Positions 8,011 to 13,214 of a DNA stretch of 13,214 bases are shown one piece after another (the stretch's first letter is position 1; the number at the start of each line of letters is the position of its first letter). Origin of the DNA: Bdellovibrionia bacterium. Its GTDB lineage: Bacteria; Bdellovibrionota; UBA1018. The notes beneath the pieces were generated by a model. It was not told the DNA's origin and searched no databases. It saw only the letters and a list, made by a program, of their open reading frames with translations. The position numbers and the translations under genes were made by a program. The DNA is taken from positions 1 to 13,214 of the forward strand of contig JBJMMA010000240.1 in the NCBI GenBank assembly GCA_045805065.1, given 5' to 3'.

Positions 8011-8316
8011 GTGAAAAATCGCTCACTCTTCGATTTGGTAAAGAAACGAAGAGTACCGATGTTCCTGCTGCCTTATATGAACCGATCACCGGAGACCAAG
8101 GCTTTAAAAACCACCGCAAAAATGCCATTGGACAAAAAGCTTGATTTAGGAGCGATAGGTGGCATTCGCGTCGAGCCGATATCGGAAGGGGTTCGAGTTC
8201 ATCTGGTTCAAGGTGAAGAGGCGGATGGCAAAAAGCAGGGCACTTCGAAAGATATCCAAGGTTGGAAGAGAATCACGGCCAAAGGCGGCACCGGGACTGG
8301 TTTTGAAAGCCTATGA
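8011..8316 (+). CDS. Small basic hypothetical protein (possible mobile-element gene or remnant; start uncertain)
   Basis: GTG-start ORF with AAGGA upstream. Its stop overlaps the next start (ATGA at 8313-8316). Confidence 0.45.
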   Translation: MKNRSLFDLVKKRRVPMFLLPYMNRSPETKALKTTAKMPLDKKLDLGAIGGIRVEPISEGVRVHLVQGEEADGKKQGTSKDIQGWKRITAKGGTGTGFESL

Positions 8317-8531
8317 ATAAAAAACAGAAGATCTATAAAGATTCAAAAGAGGCTCGTGAAGCCTATGAGGACGAAACAGAGTCCCTTCGTAGACTGTGTG
8401 TTTCTTACGCTGACAAGATAGCCCAACATGTGAAGCGTGCTGGCGGTCTAGAGCATTGCGCCGAGGTGGAAGCTTATGTGGCGAATCCCGAATTCAACCC
8501 GTTTCAAGCGTGTGTCATTGACAGTTGGTAA
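8313..8531 (+). CDS. Small hypothetical protein (72 aa), possibly 3'-truncated or chimeric
   Basis: Coupled to the upstream ORF through ATGA. Its 3' end runs into a resolvase-type HTH remnant in another frame. Confidence 0.45.
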   Translation: MNKKQKIYKDSKEAREAYEDETESLRRLCVSYADKIAQHVKRAGGLEHCAEVEAYVANPEFNPFQACVIDSW

Positions 8532-8644
8532 CCCTGAGGGGACAAGGTCTGTCTTGGCGGGAGATCGCCACACGACTTGAGGTCTCTAAAACTTCGGCGC
8601 TTCGAGTCTTTTGCTTGGACGCAAAGAGTTGCACGAAAATGTGA
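8522..8644 (+). pseudogene. Remnant C-terminal HTH of a resolvase/invertase-type serine recombinase (or similar HTH protein)
   Basis: Translates as QLVTLRGQGLSWREIATRLEVSKTSALRVFCLDAKSCTKM*, matching the LRxxGxSxRxIAxxLxVSKxT HTH pattern. An in-frame TGA lies directly upstream (8519-8521) and no catalytic domain is present. Confidence 0.6.
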
Positions 8645-8701
8645 GCAAAATCCGAGCATTCAGCGGAACACAAGATAAAGCAGAACAAGAGCTAATCGGC
8701 T

Positions 8702-9130
8702 TCATTTAGGCTGCATGTTGCTGACAACCATCAAAATTCGGGAATGGTGATGACCGGTGAAGCGATGAAAAAGCGTTCCTTGGATTTTTACATGCGCGCC
8801 TTTCCCAACCTTTCGAAAACTGTCCCAAAGCTTGTCATCTTCTTCTGAGATAGAAAGCTGGATAATTCTCACATTCCGTTCTTTTTCTGGATTTTCGATT
8901 TCGGAACTGGCTCCTTTGGGGAGGACATCAACAGCCTTGTCCAATTTTAGGTAAAAATGGCGTTCGATTTCGTCCCCATTCTTGATGCTTTCATAGTTGG
9001 GAGGACCAGGGAAGGTTTGCAAATCCAAGGTCCCCGTCAATTCAACGATGGAAGGGCCATAAGTTAGCACCTGATTTGAGGCAAGAGATGGGCAGGCAAA
9101 CAAGATCAATAAAAAAGGAAAGCTCTTCAT
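8702..9130 (-). CDS. Secreted DUF4431-domain protein (candidate immunity protein/inhibitor)
   Basis: Signal peptide, then VELTGTL...FPGPPNYESIKNGD...FYLKLD...IQL...GAHVKIQGTLFHRFTGHHHSRILM, the motif set I recognise as DUF4431. The start overlaps the upstream stop (ATGA). Confidence 0.85.
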   Translation of the reverse strand: MKSFPFLLILFACPSLASNQVLTYGPSIVELTGTLDLQTFPGPPNYESIKNGDEIERHFYLKLDKAVDVLPKGASSEIENPEKERNVRIIQLSISEEDDKLWDSFRKVGKGAHVKIQGTLFHRFTGHHHSRILMVVSNMQPK

Positions 9131-9309
9131 CCCTTAACCTTCAAGTTGTCAGATATGGATGAATTGCTGACATTGCCCGAAACAAGATTGCCTGGATTAT
9201 GATTGCGCCATGGTCTACTGCCGCCCTCAAATATCCATTCCTTGCCATCAGAGTCAGTATAGATCACCGAATGACGAGGTCCCGATTCTGCTTTGATATA
9301 CTTTGGCAT
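9127..9309 (-). pseudogene. Internally deleted 'RNxNPGNL' lysozyme-like/virion-type peptidoglycan hydrolase gene
   Basis: GGSRPWRNHNPGNL is the N-terminal motif of this family, but only 18 residues follow (VSGNVSNSSISDNLKVKG*), so the rest of the domain is missing. The stop is still coupled to DUF4431. Confidence 0.65.
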
Positions 9310-9319
9310 CACTCAGTTC

Positions 9320-9703
9320 TCAAACAGCTACGTCAAACTCATCCCAGGGACAGTGCGGCACAAGAGCCGTCCTCTTTTTCCCAGTATCCTTTGCGATTTT
9401 AAATTCCAGGACCCCAAGATCCGCTAGATCTTGAACATCCTTTTGCACGTTGGGCTGAGAGCGCTTAAGAAGTCGAGCCAGCTCCCGGATTGATGCGGGC
9501 TTTTTCTCGCGAACTGTTTGAATAATGCGAATACGTTCGGGGCTAAATACTCTGGAAAGGGACGAGGCGTCTTGGAAACTTAAGACTAGATTGTATTCTG
9601 GTTCCCATATAGTGCCGTGCTCTGCCGCCTTCCACGCTTTACCAAAGTCACTTTTGAAATTCTCTAATGATTGGATCTTAATCTTGAACTTTTTCGTTTT
9701 CAT
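9320..9703 (-). CDS. Winged-HTH transcriptional regulator/antitoxin (COG4190/HVO_A0114-like, TumA-type partner of DUF6516 toxins)
   Basis: LSFQDASSLSRVFSPERIRIIQTVREKKPASIRELARLLKRSQPNVQKDVQDLADLGVLEF...LVPHCPWDEF. GGAGG SD upstream, and the start overlaps the stop of the toxin C-terminal frame (ATGA 9700-9703). Confidence 0.85.
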   Translation of the reverse strand: MKTKKFKIKIQSLENFKSDFGKAWKAAEHGTIWEPEYNLVLSFQDASSLSRVFSPERIRIIQTVREKKPASIRELARLLKRSQPNVQKDVQDLADLGVLEFKIAKDTGKKRTALVPHCPWDEFDVAV

Positions 9704-9910
9704 ACAAAGCCTCCTAAGCGTCTTACTTCGGCAAAGAAGTCATTCCAAAGTTGTTCAACGGAATGGAACTGATAATCCTTCTCTTGACCATCTATATGAC
9801 AGAGGTCTCCATCGGTCGGGCCGAATCGGTTTGATTTGCCAGTCGATGAAACTGCCATCTTGAAGGTCAAACCGTGACGAAGATCCTATATACCGATATG
9901 GTATCGCCAT
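9700..9910 (-). pseudogene. TumE/DUF6516-like toxin gene, internally deleted and frameshifted
   Basis: The frame from ATG 9910 gives MAIPYRYIGSSSRFDLQDGSFIDWQIKPIRPDRWRP (to 9803). A different frame from 9801 gives CHIDGQEKDYQFHSVEQLWNDFFAEVRRLGGFV* (stop 9700-9702), matching the DUF6516 C-terminus. The central YRL...DNxxGKxxH segment is absent. Confidence 0.75.
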
Positions 9911-9918
9911 ATCGGTAT
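9890..9918. promoter_or_regulatory. Perfect 12-bp inverted repeat ATACCGATATGG-tatcg-CCATATCGGTAT over the toxin start; likely TA operator
   Basis: Arms at 9890-9901 and 9907-9918 overlap the ATG at 9908-9910. Confidence 0.6.
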
Positions 9919-9996
9919 GCGTACAATATAGGAAAAAGTTCGTTTAAATCGCGTTCGACGTTTTGCAGTGAGTTGAGATTATGAAGGAATTTAAGA

Positions 9997-10071
9997 TGGT
10001 GGTCCCACCAAGAATCGAACTTGGAACGGCCCTTTAGGAAAGGGCTGTTATATCCATTTAACTATGGGACC
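9997..10071 (-). tRNA. tRNA-Arg (anticodon CCT, reads AGG), CCA encoded
   Basis: Minus strand GGTCCCA-TA-GTTAAATGGATATAAC-A-GCCCT-TTCCTAA-AGGGC-CGTT-CCAAG-TTCGATT-CTTGG-TGGGACC-A-CCA forms a complete 75-nt cloverleaf. Confidence 0.97.
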
Positions 10072-10146
10072 ACTCAACTTGAGATATCGAGGAGCTGAGT
10101 AAAACTCAATCTTGTTTTTTCTGGCCAAGCGAGTCATGCTCCGGCC

Positions 10147-10476
10147 ATGGGTAAGTCCTTGAGTTCTTTTGTTGTGGTTATGGCATTGTTTCAAGCTTTG
10201 GCGGCCAACGCGGATGAAGTGATCACTCCTCCGGGCGGAAAGGGCTGGGGAGAGGGGACGACGGCTGAATCGCTTCTCAATATGAACCGGGATCCTGAAT
10301 CGGTTCGCAAAGTCGATCCTGAGCGGGTTCCGATTCCGATTCGCGGGACCTGCACGGACGATCAAGGCAAGACCTACACGGGCGATGACGAAGACTACGC
10401 CCTTTGCATGAACCGTAAAACTTCCAGAACAAAGGCCTCGGCTCCGGCACCTGCTTCCGTCATCAAGAAAAACTGA
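10147..10476 (+). CDS. Secreted hypothetical protein
   Basis: Signal peptide MGKSLSSFVVVMALFQALAANA|D, a Cys pair (GTCTD...ALCM) and a basic Pro/Ala tail. The stop abuts the convergent regulator stop. Confidence 0.75.
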   Translation: MGKSLSSFVVVMALFQALAANADEVITPPGGKGWGEGTTAESLLNMNRDPESVRKVDPERVPIPIRGTCTDDQGKTYTGDDEDYALCMNRKTSRTKASAPAPASVIKKN

Positions 10477-11223
10477 TCAGCGGCCAGGAGCATTCCGGCG
10501 TTGAGAGGAATCAGCGCTCTTTTTTTGGCTCTCGTTCTTTAGAATATATCCTGCCGAGTAGATCGTCTTGAAGGCATGATCAAAACCGACAAGCTTTCTG
10601 CGGAGTGAGGCCATGTGCGTATCGACCGTGCGATCGGAGACGACGGAATCTTTCCAGACGGCCTCTAGGATTTTCTGGCGGCTGATCACGCGATCCACAT
10701 TCTCAACAAAGTAACGAAGCAGGTTGAACTCAAGCACGCTGATTGTAATCGTCTCGCCATTGATCGTTACTTCGAACTTGTCAGGATCGAGCGTGAGGTT
10801 TCCGCAACGGATGACTTGAGATGCGGCGGCAGGATTTTTCTCATCAAGCCTTCTCATCTTGGCGCGAATGCGCGCCAGAAGCTCGCGAATCTCATAAGGC
10901 TTGGACACCATATCATCAGCACCGCTTCCGAATGCGCTGATGCGCGGATCGAGCTCCGATGAGCCCGTGACAACCAGAATGGTGATGTCGCGAGTCTCTT
11001 CGCTCACTCGGAGTGTCTGACAAGTGCGAATGCCATCCATTCCGGGCATCACAAGATCCAGCAAGATCAAATCGGGCCGGACTTCGCGGGCCATTCTCAC
11101 TCCATCTTCACCATTGGATGCGAGATAAGTTTTATATTCCGACGATAATATATCGTTTAAAACTTCGAGACTGTCTTTGTCATCATCAATAATGAGGATG
11201 CTACGCCGAGATGCTTGCAACAT
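10477..11223 (-). CDS. OmpR/PhoB-family DNA-binding response regulator
   Basis: Receiver motifs ILIIDDD, LILLDLVMPGMDG, VVTG and VSKPY. Winged-helix output EFNLLRYF...SRQKILEAVW...SDRTVDTHMASLRRKL...KTIYSAGY. Confidence 0.95.
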   Translation of the reverse strand: MLQASRRSILIIDDDKDSLEVLNDILSSEYKTYLASNGEDGVRMAREVRPDLILLDLVMPGMDGIRTCQTLRVSEETRDITILVVTGSSELDPRISAFGSGADDMVSKPYEIRELLARIRAKMRRLDEKNPAAASQVIRCGNLTLDPDKFEVTINGETITISVLEFNLLRYFVENVDRVISRQKILEAVWKDSVVSDRTVDTHMASLRRKLVGFDHAFKTIYSAGYILKNESQKKSADSSQRRNAPGR

Positions 11224-11326
11224 ATTGGTAGAATAAGGAGCGCCTATTCGAAGCGCAATTAATTTTAAATAGAAAATCTATAGAATTAGATTTTTCAGCG
11301 TCATGAGCTGCTTGCTTAACAGACAG

Positions 11327-11620
11327 CTAGTAGTCGAGATAGTCATTTCGCGGCGGAAGAGAGGGAAGATGTGAAGGAGTGCGCGCTCCACGAGCTGCTC
11401 GCTTTCTTCGCAAGTGATGCGCTTGAGTCGATGTGATGGCGCGACGACGAAATGTTTGATGAAGCGCGCGCATGATCATGGGTGACATGATCCAGGAGGC
11501 TGCAGCAAAAACCCCCATCAGCCAGAAACCAGAGTCTTGCGAGCGGCTTGAGACATGGATTGAGTTTTTCACGCACCACGAGAAGTGCAAAGCGCGAGCC
11601 GCAGGTGAGTCGTGTCTCAA
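11327..11620 (-). CDS. Possible small protein with one hydrophobic segment (start uncertain)
   Basis: Co-oriented between hrpB and the regulator, with GFWLMGVFAAASWIMSPMIM followed by a basic tail. Several competing overlapping ORFs exist. Confidence 0.3.
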   Translation of the reverse strand: MRHDSPAARALHFSWCVKNSIHVSSRSQDSGFWLMGVFAAASWIMSPMIMRALHQTFRRRAITSTQAHHLRRKRAARGARTPSHLPSLPPRNDYLDY

Positions 11621-11621
11621 T

Positions 11622-11662
11622 CAAAAGAATTTGGGCAAAAGAATTTGGGCAAAAGAATTTTG
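11622..11662. repeat. 14-bp tandem repeat CAAAAGAATTTGGG (two perfect copies plus one partial)
   Basis: Copies at 11622-11635 and 11636-11649, with a partial CAAAAGAATTTTG at 11650-11662, just past the hrpB stop. Confidence 0.9.
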
Positions 11663-11670
11663 CGAAAGAT

Positions 11671-13214
11671 TTACTTCACGGGTTTGAGTGGATCTTCTGG
11701 CCAAGCGTGACGTGGATAACGACGGCTCAACGCGTTTCTCTGTTCGCGGTAACCGCGTTCCCAAAAACCTGCGAGATCTGTGGTGACCTGGACAGCGCGT
11801 TGATTGGGCGCAAGAAGATGCAAAGTGAGAGGAAGTCTTCCATCCAAAAGCGCGGGTCCTTGGCGCATTCCGAAAAAATCCTGAAGTCGCGACTCAACCC
11901 ACGGAGTTTTATCGAGGGCATAATAGATGCGTGCGCGTCGACCACTTGGAAGCGCAATCGACTCCGGCAACCATCGATCCAGTTGAGAAAGCGCATCGGG
12001 AACAAGCGCTCCTAAAATCTCCGCTGGCCAATCCGTCTCGCGAAGCTCGGCGAGTGAGGTTCGAGTTTCAAAAATTCCTGCAAGCGCACTGAATCCTTTT
12101 TCCGGTTCAAAGGATTCAGCCATCTGAGGGAAGTGTTTCTTCAAGAGGAGCGCGCGCGCAAAAGCACCTTCGAGTTTTTCTGGATCCGCGACAGTCGATA
12201 GCGCCCGAATCCAGTCCTGAACACTCAACTCCTGAAGTTTCGATGCATCCAGTCCCAAAACGGAGCGAAGCAGAATGCGGGCAGAGGCGCTGCCGGGAGT
12301 TGCGGGTTTTGATTTCTCTTCAAGCACGAGCTCGTCATAGACAAGCTGCGAGGATTGCATGACCCGCGATCGGTCCTGATCCCAGGTGAAGATTTCACGA
12401 TCCTCCAGTGGAGATGGAGAAAGCTCAATCAACCATTCCATTTGAATGGGGGAGAGCGAGCTGACCTGAAGCTTGGAGCGAGCCTGACCCAAATGCTGGA
12501 TCTCGCGCAGATCCAGGGTGACAAAAAAATCTGAAGAGAGAGTGGTTGCGGATTCTTCGATTTTCGCGGAACCCCCGGACGCAAAGACAAGCTCTGTTTC
12601 GCCTGCCTGAGAGCGAGCCGAGCTTGCTGCAGCTTTCCTTCTTTTTGAAACCCGATCAGGAAAGCCTGTGAGAAGAGAGAATCGGAGTCGATCATCGGCG
12701 TTCTCAGTCAGGGGCTTTGGGGCAGCTTGAGCTTCCTTCGCCGCTTGAATGAGTTGCTGCTTGAGCTTACGTTGCGTGTCGCTCATTGGAAGTTTCAGGC
12801 AGTCGACGGCATCAAGCCTCTCGAGCCTTCCTTCTGAGATCCAGCTGGCAAGAGCTGCGGCCTCATCGAGACAGTTCTGCCTGGCAGCTTCGAGCAGAAA
12901 GCGCGCAATGCGAGGATGCGCTGGAAAGCGCGCCATCTGACGGCCGATTTCGGTCAGCGTGCCTGAAGGCAACGCGCTCTCAATTGCACCCAATCGATGG
13001 AGAAGTTTCCAGGACGCATCAAGGGCGGTTGCGGCAGGAGCTTCAAACCATTCGATCGTTTCAAGATCAAAAAGTCCCATGGCCTTGAGCTCAAGGAGCG
13101 TTTGAGAAAGGTCCGCTCGTTGAATCTCAGGCGTCTCAAAGGGAGGGCGACTGTCAAAGTCACCCTGCGTGTAAAGCCTGAAGCAGCGTCCTGGAGCGGT
13201 ACGTCCCGCGCGGC
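11671..13214 (-). CDS. hrpB: ATP-dependent DEAH-box RNA helicase HrpB (5'-partial)
   Basis: The frame is open to the window edge: RAGRTAPGRCFRLY (motif VI), PEIQRADL, LTEIGRQMARFPAHPRIAR (HA2), GFPDRV, and HrpB_C LQDFFG...LHLLAPNQRAVQVTTDLAGFW...RRYPRHAWPEDP. Confidence 0.96.
   Translation of the reverse strand, partial: RAGRTAPGRCFRLYTQGDFDSRPPFETPEIQRADLSQTLLELKAMGLFDLETIEWFEAPAATALDASWKLLHRLGAIESALPSGTLTEIGRQMARFPAHPRIARFLLEAARQNCLDEAAALASWISEGRLERLDAVDCLKLPMSDTQRKLKQQLIQAAKEAQAAPKPLTENADDRLRFSLLTGFPDRVSKRRKAAASSARSQAGETELVFASGGSAKIEESATTLSSDFFVTLDLREIQHLGQARSKLQVSSLSPIQMEWLIELSPSPLEDREIFTWDQDRSRVMQSSQLVYDELVLEEKSKPATPGSASARILLRSVLGLDASKLQELSVQDWIRALSTVADPEKLEGAFARALLLKKHFPQMAESFEPEKGFSALAGIFETRTSLAELRETDWPAEILGALVPDALSQLDRWLPESIALPSGRRARIYYALDKTPWVESRLQDFFGMRQGPALLDGRLPLTLHLLAPNQRAVQVTTDLAGFWERGYREQRNALSRRYPRHAWPEDPLKPVK

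Larger units (their letters stand above)
8000..9990. mobile_element. Decayed integrated element/genomic island remnant at the 3' end of tRNA-Arg (left boundary uncertain)
   Basis: Directly downstream of a tRNA 3' end, with a TA module, a recombinase-type HTH remnant and several pseudogenes. No intact integrase or att duplication was found. Confidence 0.5.

Noticed and set aside
9700..9858. Intact 52-aa ORF MAVSSTGK...RRLGGFV as a complete toxin
   Set aside because: Its first ~19 residues are the off-frame reading of the real N-terminal half; only the part after about 9801 is family-like.
11622..11662. CRISPR array
   Set aside because: The units are 14 bp, directly adjacent, have no spacers, and no cas genes are present.
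11472..13163. Alternative ORFs overlapping hrpB, and similar shadow ORFs elsewhere (391-654, 703-1080, 2344-2691, 9525-9863, 10048-10365)
   Set aside because: They are antisense or off-frame shadows of better-supported genes or the tRNA, with no recognisable motifs.

Overview
Bacterial genomic window; the many orphan secreted proteins and the orphan response regulator would fit a Bdellovibrionota- or deltaproteobacterium-like host, but that is only an impression. The right end looks like core genome: the 3' part of hrpB, an OmpR/PhoB-type response regulator, a secreted protein and tRNA-Arg(CCT) at 9997-10071 (-). Downstream of the tRNA 3' end (about 8000-9990) lies what appears to be a decayed integrated element. 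It holds a TumE/DUF6516-like toxin broken by an internal deletion and frameshift (missed by the ORF track), an intact HTH antitoxin with a 12-bp palindromic operator, and an 'RNxNPGNL' lysozyme-like gene collapsed to about 60 aa. That gene is translationally coupled to an intact secreted DUF4431 gene, and a resolvase-type HTH remnant lies nearby. In both pairs the putative toxin is damaged and the putative antidote is intact. The left 8 kb is a patchwork of short, alternately oriented accessory genes: a tandem-domain protein, MscL with a C-terminal zinc ribbon, a VOC/glyoxalase, a 10-Cys secreted miniprotein, a GP[FY]-repeat protein, a GGMGSWND-motif protein, a stand-alone trigger-factor C-domain-like protein and several secreted or membrane hypotheticals. 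Family names come from motif recognition, not database searches.
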